64,000 bases of DNA from a virus. The stretch's first letter is position 1. Every line of letters begins with the position of its first letter. Position numbers and translations under genes: made by a program. Shown here piece after piece: positions 27,030-37,050 of this stretch. The stretch is from positions 64,001 through 128,000 of the IMG/VR virus record IMGVR_UViG_3300020477_001012; one strand, given 5' to 3'. Under the pieces are notes generated by a model. The model saw only the letters and a list, made by a program, of their open reading frames with translations. It was not told the origin of the DNA and did no database searches.

Positions 27030-28581
27030 CTACAAAGACGATAAGACTTGGGACTTGTTCAAAAATGGTCGAACCAAAGGGGTTTTCCAACTGGAGAGCA
27101 ACCTTGGTAAGTCGTGGTCCAAAAAGGTGTCACCGGACAACCTTGAGGAACTGGCAGCATTAATTGCCCTGATTAGGCCGGGATGTTTGAAGGCCATGTC
27201 TGAAGGCAAATCTATGACCCAGCACTACGTTGATCGTAAGAGCAAAAAAGACAAGGTGACCTATCTAGATGAGTCTCTTGAGGAAATTTTAAGCCCCACA
27301 TATGGGGTTCTGGTATACCAAGAGCAATCTATGCGTATCGCCCAAAAAATCGCTGGGTTTGATCTTCAAGAAGCTGATATACTTAGAAAGGCTATTGGAA
27401 AGAAGAAGGCTGGACTTATGGCCGAGGTTCGAGAGTCATTCTTAGAGGGCGCTCAGTTCGTAGGATTGGTTAGTAATGATGTTGCCGAAGAAATTTTTAG
27501 TTGGATTGAAAAATCTTCTAGATACTCTTTTAATAAGTCCCATGCCGTGGCTTATGCTATTAACTCCTATTGGTCAGCATGGTATAAGGCTAATCATACC
27601 AAGGAATTCTTCTTGTCGTATTTCTTCCACGCCGCCGACAAGCAAGATCCCCACCAAGAGGTATACGAACTATTGTCTGAAGCTAAGCTCTTCAACTTGG
27701 AAGTTAAGATACCTAATCTGTCTAGATTTAGTGAGAAATTCAAGCTGTACGGCAGAAGTATACAATTCGGTATCAAGGATATCAAGTCTTTAACAGGCGT
27801 GACCGGAGACAAGGTTATGCAAGCAATAGCAGACACAAAAAAAGAACTCGGAAAAAAGCCAGAAGAATTTAGCTGGCTGGACATAGTAATCTATCTGTCC
27901 CCTAGAATCAATGCAACCGCCTTCAAGGCCCTTTGCTCAATTGGGTTTTTCTCTACGAAGGAGGCTAATGTTTCTAGAAATAAGGCCCTGTACGAGTATC
28001 TTATTTTTAGAGAGTTGACTAAAGCAGAGGTTAACTGGGTCACAAAGAATTATCCAGATAAACAATGGTCTAGAATGTCTGATTGCTTCCGAGACCTTGC
28101 GCCCGTAAAGAAAATGGGTGGAGGAACCAGCAAGGTAGAACGAAGTCAAATTGTTTTAAATGAGGCAGAGATGTTAGACAATCCCCCGTATGATTTGAGT
28201 GACGATCCCGCATGGATCATTGAGCAGGAGGCCAAGTTTTTAGGGTGCCCGGTGTCACTTGCTCGTATTGAGTCATCTGACACGTCTACTGCCAATACGT
28301 CTTGTAAAGATATTACAAACGGCAAGACTGGCAAGGGGATTTGTGTGGCCGCCAACGTAAACAGGGTTGCTAACTACAAGGTAAAAAAGGGCAAGACAAA
28401 GGGAAAAACAATGGCCTTTCTGACAATAGAAGACGAAACATGCTCACTGGACAGTGTTGTTGTCTTCCCAGAAGCCCGAGAAAAACATCAATACATATTG
28501 TACGAGGGCAACAATTTACTCTTCTGCGGATCTGTAGAAAAAGACAGTTCCTTTATTATAGAAAAAATTCACGAAATATAA
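27022..28581 (+). CDS. dnaE: DNA polymerase III alpha, C-terminal half (fingers, HhH, OB fold)
   Basis: TKGVFQLES, ALIRPG, TYGVLVYQEQ, ADILRKAIGKK, YSFNKSHAVAY, MAFLTIED...VVFP. Confidence 0.93.
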   Translation: MIDYKDDKTWDLFKNGRTKGVFQLESNLGKSWSKKVSPDNLEELAALIALIRPGCLKAMSEGKSMTQHYVDRKSKKDKVTYLDESLEEILSPTYGVLVYQEQSMRIAQKIAGFDLQEADILRKAIGKKKAGLMAEVRESFLEGAQFVGLVSNDVAEEIFSWIEKSSRYSFNKSHAVAYAINSYWSAWYKANHTKEFFLSYFFHAADKQDPHQEVYELLSEAKLFNLEVKIPNLSRFSEKFKLYGRSIQFGIKDIKSLTGVTGDKVMQAIADTKKELGKKPEEFSWLDIVIYLSPRINATAFKALCSIGFFSTKEANVSRNKALYEYLIFRELTKAEVNWVTKNYPDKQWSRMSDCFRDLAPVKKMGGGTSKVERSQIVLNEAEMLDNPPYDLSDDPAWIIEQEAKFLGCPVSLARIESSDTSTANTSCKDITNGKTGKGICVAANVNRVANYKVKKGKTKGKTMAFLTIEDETCSLDSVVVFPEAREKHQYILYEGNNLLFCGSVEKDSSFIIEKIHEI

Positions 28582-28637
28582 TTGTCTTTTTCCTCGGTAG
28601 CAGCTATTACATATAACGCTATAGGACAAGGAAATTA

Positions 28638-28955
28638 ATGAACATCTGTAATTTTACCGGCTTCTTGTTAGAAGACCCCGAGCTATCTATTAGTAGTAAT
28701 GTGAGCCATCTTGTTTTTAAGCTGGTCACCTATACATATAGAAGAAGCAAAAATACCGGAGAGAAGCAAAGAATGCCCACTGTCTTAACTTTTGAGGCGT
28801 GGCACACAGGGGCCGAAACTATTGCCAAGCTGGCTCAAAAGGGCACCAAAATGACCGTGTCTGCTTCTGCCAAGAATGGAAAAGGGGAAGCCGACATACT
28901 CTTCAGGGTGAATGAATTTGATTTTGGGTGCCTTAACCAAGAGCAGGAATTATGA
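28638..28955 (+). CDS. Single-stranded DNA-binding protein-like OB fold
   Basis: MN...TG.L..DPEL...FEAW...AE.IAK..QKG..MTV; short, no DDDIPF-type tail. Confidence 0.7.
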   Translation: MNICNFTGFLLEDPELSISSNVSHLVFKLVTYTYRRSKNTGEKQRMPTVLTFEAWHTGAETIAKLAQKGTKMTVSASAKNGKGEADILFRVNEFDFGCLNQEQEL

Positions 28956-30640
28956 GAAAAAAACGTATATTGTTTTGCAGTGAGGCTACGTTCTTAAATA
29001 CTGGTTACGCTACATATACCAGAGAAACACTGAACTATCTTAACAGCACAGGGAAGTATGAACTTGCTGAGATGGGTTCTTATGGAGAGCGTAACGACCC
29101 AAGGGCAGCGAATATACCTTGGAAGTACTACGGTGTGGTTCCCAATCAGTCAAGCGAACCCAAGGCATCTAAAGAAGAGATGGATGCATACGGAGCGTCG
29201 GGCAGCAATCAATTTGGAGAGTGGATATTTGAACACGTTTGCTTGGATTTCTTTCCAGATATCGTTTGCGACATCCGTGATTTCTGGATGCTAGAATTTG
29301 CTGAGCGGTCTCCATTTAGGAAATACTTTAAGTGGGCGTTGATGCCCACGGTGGACGCACGACCCCAAGCGAGGCAATGGGTGGCGACATATCAATCAGC
29401 CGATGCGTGCTTTACTTATTCCGACTGGGCTGGCGGAATATTAATGGATCAATCTGGCGGGCAAATCAACTACTTGGGCAGTTCGCCGCCGTCAGCCCAC
29501 CCTGCTTATAAGCCAGTAGAAGACAAAAGAGGCCACAAAGAACAGTTTGGGATAGACCCAGACTGCAAGATTATCGGCACGGTTATGCGCAACCAAAGAC
29601 GTAAGCTTTACCCAGATTTGTTTGAGGCGTTCAGAATATTTCTCAACAAGTCAAAAGACAAAAATTTCTATTTGTATTGTCACACGTCGTATCCAGATTT
29701 GGGCTGGGACTTACCAGAACTACTGCAAGAGCATGAGCTTTCGTCACACGTTCTGTTTACGTATATATGCCCAGAAACAAAAAAACCGTTCCCCTCGCTA
29801 TTCAAGGGGGCTATTGCCCAGTCTCCATTCACCGGAAAGTGGGGGGCAACCCTGTCCAACGTGAAGAATGGGGCATCTTATGAAGATCTTTCTGATATTC
29901 AAAACTTATTTGATCTGTATACACAATATGCGAACTGTGAGGGGTTTGGGCTTCCCTATGTTGAAGCTGCCGCATGCGGAGTTCCCGTGTGTGGAACTGA
30001 TTACTCTGCCATGGAGAGTGAAATTCGCAAGCTAGAAGGGCACCCAATAAAACCCAAGGCTTTATACAAAGAATTGGAAACGGGATGTTTGCGGGCTGTG
30101 CCGGATAATGAAGGGGCCGCATCTTACTTTTTGGATTTCTTTAATGCTAGCGATGAATATAGAGAGAAAGCTGGCAAAAGGACTAGAGAGTTGTTTGAGA
30201 AGCACTTTCAATGGCACCTGAGTGGCAAGAAATGGGAGGACTACTTTGATAGCGTGGAAGTGCCCCCGGTAGAGCAAACTTGGGCATCACCGCCAAGCAT
30301 TCACCAGCCAGAGGCAAAGCCAGAAAATATTCCACCAAATGTAAACCATAGTGAGCTTGCCAAGTGGCTGATATTGCATGTTCTTGGAGACCCCTCTCGT
30401 ATTGGTACCTTTTTTGAAGCTAGGCTTACTAGGGATCTGATGTATCAGTCTTCCACGTCTTCCACTGGGGGTATGTACTTCAATGAGTCTTCAGCCGCAT
30501 TTGATGGATTAAATGTAAGGGCAAACTTCTCTTTTGATGATGCATACAACAACCTGCACGCTCAGTGCGAAAAGAACAATGCTTGGGAAAGAAAAAGGAT
30601 CGAAACTATAAAACAAAGGATGTCTACCGAGCAATCATGA
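28952..30640 (+). CDS. GT-B (GT4-like) glycosyltransferase with C-terminal extension
   Basis: TGYA, MRNQRRK, EGFGLPYVEAAACGVP..TDYSAM. Confidence 0.9.
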   Translation: MRKKRILFCSEATFLNTGYATYTRETLNYLNSTGKYELAEMGSYGERNDPRAANIPWKYYGVVPNQSSEPKASKEEMDAYGASGSNQFGEWIFEHVCLDFFPDIVCDIRDFWMLEFAERSPFRKYFKWALMPTVDARPQARQWVATYQSADACFTYSDWAGGILMDQSGGQINYLGSSPPSAHPAYKPVEDKRGHKEQFGIDPDCKIIGTVMRNQRRKLYPDLFEAFRIFLNKSKDKNFYLYCHTSYPDLGWDLPELLQEHELSSHVLFTYICPETKKPFPSLFKGAIAQSPFTGKWGATLSNVKNGASYEDLSDIQNLFDLYTQYANCEGFGLPYVEAAACGVPVCGTDYSAMESEIRKLEGHPIKPKALYKELETGCLRAVPDNEGAASYFLDFFNASDEYREKAGKRTRELFEKHFQWHLSGKKWEDYFDSVEVPPVEQTWASPPSIHQPEAKPENIPPNVNHSELAKWLILHVLGDPSRIGTFFEARLTRDLMYQSSTSSTGGMYFNESSAAFDGLNVRANFSFDDAYNNLHAQCEKNNAWERKRIETIKQRMSTEQS

Positions 30641-31251
30641 ATGAACCAATAGATGTATGGAAATCCGAATTCCTGTTAGCCCACAGCATATTGTTTTCGG
30701 GTGTTAAAAACAGAATAGACACCGTGGAAGTTCAATCAGAAGACGGCGAGGGTACCCGAACTGTCAACACCAGAGACCACATATTTAGCCAAGTGCTCAA
30801 AGAGTTTTATCCTGAACCCATTAGAGTGTTTCAAGTAGGAGCTATAGAAACTTTCAAATCCGAGTGGAGAATAGGGTCTGGGTGGAGCGATCTGATTTTC
30901 GGGGCGTATATCAATGCTCATGGAGGTCGGCTAACACTTGTAGACATAAATCTGGACCATTTAGCAAATTCAACGCTGGCATCCCATGCGTTGCAATACC
31001 CAGTGGAGATTATGCTTGGGGATGCCATCGACGCAATTGGCCAAGGCGAATACGACATTTACTATTTAGATGGGGGTAATGACCCACAAGAAACACTAGA
31101 CCAGTTCAATAAAATTAAGGACAAGAAGTGTGTAGTTTTGGTTGATGACTTCTCTATAAAAGGAACGCTACTCAGTGAAACAGACTATGACTTTACGGTC
31201 CACGACGCCGTTAATGGTTTTGGCGTACTAGACTTAAGGAATCAGGAATGA
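30637..31251 (+). CDS. Class I SAM-dependent methyltransferase-like
   Basis: ATGA start at 30637; VFQVG, LTLVDIN, DIYYLDG, VLVDD. Confidence 0.65.
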   Translation: MNEPIDVWKSEFLLAHSILFSGVKNRIDTVEVQSEDGEGTRTVNTRDHIFSQVLKEFYPEPIRVFQVGAIETFKSEWRIGSGWSDLIFGAYINAHGGRLTLVDINLDHLANSTLASHALQYPVEIMLGDAIDAIGQGEYDIYYLDGGNDPQETLDQFNKIKDKKCVVLVDDFSIKGTLLSETDYDFTVHDAVNGFGVLDLRNQE

Positions 31252-32381
31252 AAATTTTATATATAGGCCACTACAAAGAGCAGGGCGGGTGGGCGCAGGC
31301 AGCAACAGATTACATATTAGCCCTAGACTCAGTGGGGGTAGATGTAGTCTGCCGTAACGTTACCCTAACGAGAGATAAAGCAATCTCTGGTAGGTTGGCA
31401 GAGTTGGAAAGAAAGGATACGCAGGGTGTTGATTTCTGCGTCCAGCACGTTCTTCCGCACCATCTGGTGGGCACGAAAAAATTCAAGAAGAACATAGCAT
31501 TGCTAGACGCAGAGTCTACCAGTGTTAAACATCTGCCATGGTTTAATTATTTACAGCAAATGGATGGCGTGTGGGTTCCTAACTCTCAGTGTAAAGAATT
31601 CCTAGAGAAAGACAAGCTGGGAATCCCCATTGAGGTAGTTCACCATACATGCGACCTTACAAAGTACACCAAAAAATATAGCCCTTTGCAGATACCTCAT
31701 ATACAGGGCAAGTTTGTGTTTTATTACATAGGCGACCTGAATGATAGAAAAAATATTGAGTCCATTGTCTCATGTTTTCATAGCGAGTTTGAAATATCTG
31801 AGGATGTTACCCTGCTTTTAAAAATTAATAAATTTGGCCACTCCCCAGATCAACTGCAAGAGGTAATGGAGCAAAAACTTTTTAATATTAAATCGTCCCT
31901 AAGAATGTTTGACGACCCAAGTAAATACAAGAAAGACATTATTATTTCTGACAGAGCTACTGAAGATCAGATCTCTGCCTTGCATCAGCAGTGTCATTGT
32001 TTCTTGTGCCCGTCTCATGGAGAGGCTTGGTCCATTCCGTCGTTTGACGCCATGGCGTTTGGTAGTACGCCAATATGTAGCAACTTTGGAGGCCCCAGAG
32101 AGTTTATTTCCGATGATGACAACACAGGGAAGTGTATTGATGGGGTTTATAGCGTGTGCAAGTGTTCCGATGCTGCTTTTCCAGACATGTTTACCGCCCG
32201 TGAGTATTGGTTCTCACCATGCGAAAAAAAGATAAGAGAACAGATGCGGACGTACTACAATAGATACAAGTCAAACCCAATCAAATATAAGGCTCAAGCT
32301 CAATCTGCGGGCATGAAAAGCGCCCAAAGGTTCTCATACGACATTATCGGAGAACAGATAAAGGGACTACTGAATGACTAA
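31248..32381 (+). CDS. GT4-like glycosyltransferase
   Basis: GGWA, WVPN, DRKNI, PSHGEAWSIPSFDAMAFG. Confidence 0.88.
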   Translation: MKILYIGHYKEQGGWAQAATDYILALDSVGVDVVCRNVTLTRDKAISGRLAELERKDTQGVDFCVQHVLPHHLVGTKKFKKNIALLDAESTSVKHLPWFNYLQQMDGVWVPNSQCKEFLEKDKLGIPIEVVHHTCDLTKYTKKYSPLQIPHIQGKFVFYYIGDLNDRKNIESIVSCFHSEFEISEDVTLLLKINKFGHSPDQLQEVMEQKLFNIKSSLRMFDDPSKYKKDIIISDRATEDQISALHQQCHCFLCPSHGEAWSIPSFDAMAFGSTPICSNFGGPREFISDDDNTGKCIDGVYSVCKCSDAAFPDMFTAREYWFSPCEKKIREQMRTYYNRYKSNPIKYKAQAQSAGMKSAQRFSYDIIGEQIKGLLND

Positions 32382-33369
32382 TAAAACCATTTCAATTATT
32401 AATAAAGCCAATAGGGTGAAAGAGAAATATGACATATTAACTTTTGATACCCATGAAAGATATCAGACACAGCTCTGTAAGACGGGGCACAATTTTTATT
32501 CATTTAGGTACGATGACTGCAAAGAGTGGGATGATACATATGCCCCAAAACCCAGCAACCATTACGTGCTTCCCAAGAACTCCATACTGAATGGCATTGA
32601 CTTTGATTTTATTTTGAGTCAAAGTAAGTTTGGGCAGTTTCAGGTTTCACAACAGATAAACCAGACGTTAAGAATCCCCGTAGTGTCTTTGGAGCACACA
32701 CTTCCTATTCCTAGCTGGCCCGCAGACCAAACCAATGCTTTCAGGCATATGCTTGGGGATATTAATGTCTTTATCTCTGAGTATTCAGTTGACAAGTGGG
32801 ACATACAGGGTGATTACGAAGGCCCCTTTGTTGTTCACCACTCAGTGGACTCCGAGACATTCCAACCAATGGACATCGAAAAAAAACCGGTAGTTCTCAG
32901 TGTGGTTAACGACTTTGTTAACAGAGACTACTGTTGCAACTATAGTGGCTGGCAGCGTATCACAGAGAACTTTGAAACAAGACTGGTCGGAAAAACAGAA
33001 GGATTATCCAAACCAGCCGCTTCAGTTAAAGAGTTGGCTGAGGAATATAATACGGCACAAATCTTTTTGAACACATCCACAATTAGCCCAGTCCCAACCT
33101 GCCTGCTTGAGGCCATGTCTTGTGGGTCTGCTGTGGTAACTACCGCAACATGCATGATACCTGAAATAATTGAAAACGGTGTCAATGGGTTTATGTCAAA
33201 CGACGAAGAGGAATTAAAAGGGTATATTAAACAATTGTTAGACGACGAGGACTTAAGAAACAAGATGGGCAAAGCGGCCAGAGAAACTATTTTGACTGAT
33301 TTTTCAGAAAGCAAGTTCATCGATACATGGAACAATATTTTTGACAAAGCTCATGGAGTTATTATATGA
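32374..33369 (+). CDS. GT4-like glycosyltransferase
   Basis: VFISEY, FLNTS..SPVPTCLLEAMSCG, PEIIENGVNGF, MGKAARE. Confidence 0.9.
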   Translation: MTNKTISIINKANRVKEKYDILTFDTHERYQTQLCKTGHNFYSFRYDDCKEWDDTYAPKPSNHYVLPKNSILNGIDFDFILSQSKFGQFQVSQQINQTLRIPVVSLEHTLPIPSWPADQTNAFRHMLGDINVFISEYSVDKWDIQGDYEGPFVVHHSVDSETFQPMDIEKKPVVLSVVNDFVNRDYCCNYSGWQRITENFETRLVGKTEGLSKPAASVKELAEEYNTAQIFLNTSTISPVPTCLLEAMSCGSAVVTTATCMIPEIIENGVNGFMSNDEEELKGYIKQLLDDEDLRNKMGKAARETILTDFSESKFIDTWNNIFDKAHGVII

Positions 33370-33782
33370 AATTACACATTGTTAAACCGGGTCAAGAGTC
33401 CATCGAAAACTATACGAGGGTTGAAGCCTCTCCCAATTCCTTGGATATATCTACGGTGTCCGATAATGAATGCACCTCTATCGTGGCTAATGATATATTG
33501 GATCTTTTTAGCATTGATAATATCCCCAAGGTTTTGGAGCATCTGGCCACTAAAATGCGCATGGGGGGAGATCTGGTAATAGGCGGAACAGACGTTAGAC
33601 TGTTTTGTAAATATGTTATCAACGATCAGGTAGACGAGCTATCCGCTGCCCAGTTAATTGGCGTCTGCGAATCAATGACCACATGCGATCAAATTTCTAA
33701 TACTCTGCAATCTTTGGGTTTAAGGATCGCATCTTCTCAAATAAATGGCATGCACTACGAGATTAAAGTAACGAGAGGATAA
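33366..33782 (+). CDS. Degenerate methyltransferase-fold protein
   Basis: DNECTSIVANDILD...KMRMGGDLVI resembles the post-motif-II/III region of type 11 methyltransferases; no GxG SAM motif. Confidence 0.45.
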   Translation: MKLHIVKPGQESIENYTRVEASPNSLDISTVSDNECTSIVANDILDLFSIDNIPKVLEHLATKMRMGGDLVIGGTDVRLFCKYVINDQVDELSAAQLIGVCESMTTCDQISNTLQSLGLRIASSQINGMHYEIKVTRG

Positions 33783-33784
33783 AT

Positions 33785-34555
33785 ATGGATTGTGCTGGTT
33801 GCATATTTGCGGAGCTGGAGCAAGCTGAAAATGGGAATGATACCCAGACAGGTTGCAGCGTGTCTAGATTAAATGAAGATTGTACCATTATAGTAGATAC
33901 GGGTTTTTACAAGTTGCCACGAGTATGCAACATGAAAAGGGGTGAAGACTGGCTAAAGACAAAGTGCGACCCCAAATATAATGAGTATCACGCAACGGAG
34001 ATAGCCAGAAAAGAGGTGGAGCCTACTTTTGGTATAGTTGTATATGAGTACGATGATGGACAAAATGACATTCACAAAACAATAGAGAGTATTCGAGGGG
34101 CAGATTACAACAAAAATAAAATCACCATACTGTGGTCTACCACCGAACTTACAATGAGGCGTCGGGAAATATACCTCATAGATGCAGTTAAGGCTATTCA
34201 ATCTTTGAAGGTGGATGGATATGACGCTTGGCTTAGCTTATTCAAAGAAGAAGACAACGTCACCCTAAGAGACAAAGAGTGCTTCTCTAAATTAGTAAAT
34301 CGCTCTCACTGGATCAAGATACGATGCGGAGACATACTACCAAAATACGCCCTGAAGCATGTAGATCATTCCGTTAACGAGAAGCAAGAAACCATCGCTC
34401 TTTTCGAGGATGCCGGGCAAACATTTTCTATCATTCCCGCTAGTGTCGCAAGGCTGAAATATTTAGGCTACAATGATTATGACTTAATGGTTGACGCCAT
34501 TAGAGAGGAAAGTCATAAAGAAGGTTTACATACGGAACTAAATGAAACGAAATAA
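33785..34555 (+). CDS. Hypothetical protein: Cys-rich N-terminus plus degenerate GT2-like domain
   Basis: CAGC...C...C; FGIVV...IHKTIESI...DY..KITI resembles a GT2 start; no DxD. Confidence 0.45.
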   Translation: MDCAGCIFAELEQAENGNDTQTGCSVSRLNEDCTIIVDTGFYKLPRVCNMKRGEDWLKTKCDPKYNEYHATEIARKEVEPTFGIVVYEYDDGQNDIHKTIESIRGADYNKNKITILWSTTELTMRRREIYLIDAVKAIQSLKVDGYDAWLSLFKEEDNVTLRDKECFSKLVNRSHWIKIRCGDILPKYALKHVDHSVNEKQETIALFEDAGQTFSIIPASVARLKYLGYNDYDLMVDAIREESHKEGLHTELNETK

Positions 34556-35288
34556 GAAATATATAACTAGCCCCAAGAGTAAAACTGGCAAGGACGAGCG
34601 CGGAGACTTGGTTTCCGTGGTTCTGCTAAGTGAAAACCATGGGTATAGAATGAAATCTTATGGGCCTATTTCATTGGTTCAAGTCGGGGGAAAGAGCCTC
34701 ATTGAGCGTCAAATAGAATCTATTCAGGCGGCATTTTTAAACTTTGAAATAATATTGTGCTCTGGTTTTGAAACCGAAAAGATTGTCAACTTTGTCAAGG
34801 ACAAATATTATGACGTAAATATTAGGGTGGTGGAGAATCAAGTACACTACAATTCCAATTGCTGCGAAAGCGCTAGGCTGTGTATTAACAATACTACCAA
34901 TAACAAGATATTGCTATGCGGCGGAAGCGTATTGATACATCCAACACACTTGGAAATGATAGACCTACAGCAATCGTCTATTGTGACGCAAGATGAAAAC
35001 TCCAATTCTTCATTTGAAGTCGGTGTGATTCACAACCAAAAAAATAGACTAGAGACACTGTCTTTAGGGGTAAAATTTAACTACTGGACAGAGATAGTCT
35101 ACCTATCTGATGAAAAAATCATAAGAGCGATATATTCCATAGTGTCTAATCCCGAATACAAGAACAGATTTGTGTTTGAGGCGATTAATGAGCTTTCCTC
35201 TAAGCATGACATACGAGTTTTAAATAACCACCAGACGCCGCTTCGCAAGGTGGATAACCTCAAAACACTGAAAAGGATGCAAGACTAA
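34542..35288 (+). CDS. NTP-transferase (LicC/GlmU-like) fold protein with degenerate signature
   Basis: VVLLSENHGYRMKSYGPISLVQVGGKSLIERQI, compared with canonical ILAAGxGxR..PK.L; EIILCSGF; C-terminal KVDN. Confidence 0.7.
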   Translation: MKRNKKYITSPKSKTGKDERGDLVSVVLLSENHGYRMKSYGPISLVQVGGKSLIERQIESIQAAFLNFEIILCSGFETEKIVNFVKDKYYDVNIRVVENQVHYNSNCCESARLCINNTTNNKILLCGGSVLIHPTHLEMIDLQQSSIVTQDENSNSSFEVGVIHNQKNRLETLSLGVKFNYWTEIVYLSDEKIIRAIYSIVSNPEYKNRFVFEAINELSSKHDIRVLNNHQTPLRKVDNLKTLKRMQD

Positions 35289-36166
35289 TGAAAACCTTGA
35301 TACACAATTATTCATCGGGCATGACTACTGAGCCGATGTATTTCAATAGGTGCCTTGAATTGTGCGAGACCCCAACGCACCTGTGGGCAAATGAAGTCAG
35401 CGCATTTGATATGTTTGATGCTACTCAACCAGATGTGTTCATAAGTCACTATGCAATGTTAACCAACGATATTGTTAAATATCTTAGCCAAAATAAGAAG
35501 ATTAGCACCGTGTTAAATGTGACGGGGGCAAATAATCAAGAGCTGCAAACAATCGAACAGGTTTTTTTGGACAACAAGATGAACATCCCGTTCGTGTTTA
35601 CTAACCACCATGACTCTCTTTACAAACACAAAACCAAACAAATAAAAATGGTCAACATATGGCCTTCGGTCGACATATTTTTGCCTCGTAATCCCTTGCC
35701 TGATTTTAAAATAAACTTGGCGGTGCTAGCAACAGAGATGAGTGATCTGGTTAAAAGAGCAATCGCTTCCAAGGACACGTATCACCTGTTGTCATTGTCG
35801 GGTGACGCAGAAGGGTTTGATCTTGCAGTCAATGTGCAATCTTTGGGTAACATGTACGACAAATACGACGAAGTTATGATAGCGTCGGATGTAGATACAG
35901 TGTTTTCTCAGGTGCTTTTCGAGGCCGCCTTAAGCGCAAAGAAATTGTCGATAAGAGTCAACAAGCAGCAGCAGGGGACACTAGATAAGGTTTTGGCGTC
36001 ACTCTTTCATGACGACGGAAACAAGGATGTAGGCAGTCTGGTAAAGCAACAAATAAAAAGAAAACACACCTGTGTTAACAGGGCCGCCAGACTATGCAGA
36101 TTACTAAAAAATGAAGATGCGGCCAAGCGGCTTGGAAAACTTGGAGAGCAGCTATGCGAACAGTAG
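35288..36166 (+). CDS. Hypothetical protein, degenerate CgeB/GT-B-like
   Basis: QPDVFI N-domain, VLFEAA, C-terminal KHTCVNRA resembling the CgeB-type HTYxxR. Confidence 0.45.
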   Translation: MKTLIHNYSSGMTTEPMYFNRCLELCETPTHLWANEVSAFDMFDATQPDVFISHYAMLTNDIVKYLSQNKKISTVLNVTGANNQELQTIEQVFLDNKMNIPFVFTNHHDSLYKHKTKQIKMVNIWPSVDIFLPRNPLPDFKINLAVLATEMSDLVKRAIASKDTYHLLSLSGDAEGFDLAVNVQSLGNMYDKYDEVMIASDVDTVFSQVLFEAALSAKKLSIRVNKQQQGTLDKVLASLFHDDGNKDVGSLVKQQIKRKHTCVNRAARLCRLLKNEDAAKRLGKLGEQLCEQ

Positions 36167-37050
36167 TAACAGGTGGATGCGGATTTATTGGGTCACACCT
36201 AGTAGACAGGTTGATAGACCAAGGCCATGAAGTTATGGTCATCGATGATGAATCATCTGACGCTCATGACAATTTTTATTATAACAATGATGCCGAGTAT
36301 ATCTGGTATGACATTGCTAACTATCACCAGATAGAACATTTGTTTGAAGGTGTAGACTACGTATTTCACCTTGCAGCCGAGGCTAGGATACAGCCAGCAA
36401 TCGAAAATCCTACCTTAGCGGTTAGAACGAATGTGACAGGAACCTGCAATGTCTTGCAGGCATCTAGACAGCATGGCGTCAAAAGGGTCATGTACTCTTC
36501 AACTTCATCAGCCTATGGATTAATCAATGAGCCTCCCCTGCTGGAGACAATGCCGAGGGACTGTCTAAACCCGTATTCGGTCTCTAAGTGCGCTGGAGAA
36601 GATTTATGTAGAATGTACTGGGATCTTTTCGGGTTGGAGACTATTATATTTAGGTACTTTAATGTGTATGGAGAAAGACAACCCACTAAAGGTCAGTATG
36701 CTCCGGTTATCGGGGTCTTTCAGCGTCAAATATCTGAGGGAAAACCGATGACAGTGGTTGGAGATGGATTGCAAACTAGAGACTACGTACATGTATCCGA
36801 CGTTGTTAACGCCAATATTTTAGCCTCACAGGTAAACTACCCGGAGGCCATTGGGCAGGTGTTTAACATTGGTACTGGAACCAGCCACAGTGTAATTGAC
36901 TTAGCAGACATGATGGGAGGCACCAACGCGCAGGTTGTTCACGTAGAGCAGAGGCCCGGAGAAGCAAGGCACACGGCGGCAAATATTTTTAAAGCGCAGC
37001 GAATCTTGGGGTGGCACCCCGAGATAAGATTGGAGGACTGGCTAACATGA
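36154..37050 (+). CDS. NAD-dependent nucleotide-sugar epimerase (UDP-Glc/GlcNAc 4-epimerase-like)
   Basis: TGGCGFIG, HLAA, SSTSSAYG, YSVSK, RYFNVYG, GDGLQTRDY. Confidence 0.92.
   Translation: MRTVVTGGCGFIGSHLVDRLIDQGHEVMVIDDESSDAHDNFYYNNDAEYIWYDIANYHQIEHLFEGVDYVFHLAAEARIQPAIENPTLAVRTNVTGTCNVLQASRQHGVKRVMYSSTSSAYGLINEPPLLETMPRDCLNPYSVSKCAGEDLCRMYWDLFGLETIIFRYFNVYGERQPTKGQYAPVIGVFQRQISEGKPMTVVGDGLQTRDYVHVSDVVNANILASQVNYPEAIGQVFNIGTGTSHSVIDLADMMGGTNAQVVHVEQRPGEARHTAANIFKAQRILGWHPEIRLEDWLT

Noticed and set aside
25780-27100. Split intein or self-splicing intron joining the dnaE halves
   Set aside because: No intein N-terminal block after the palm and no HN/C junction before the fingers. The gap is fully occupied by two overlapping ORFs, leaving no room for intron RNA structure.
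28582-28617. Possible sigma70 promoter upstream of the ssb-like gene (TTGTCT...TATTAC/TATAAC)
   Set aside because: Poor -10 at 17 nt spacing, and the better -10 is too far away; not supportable.
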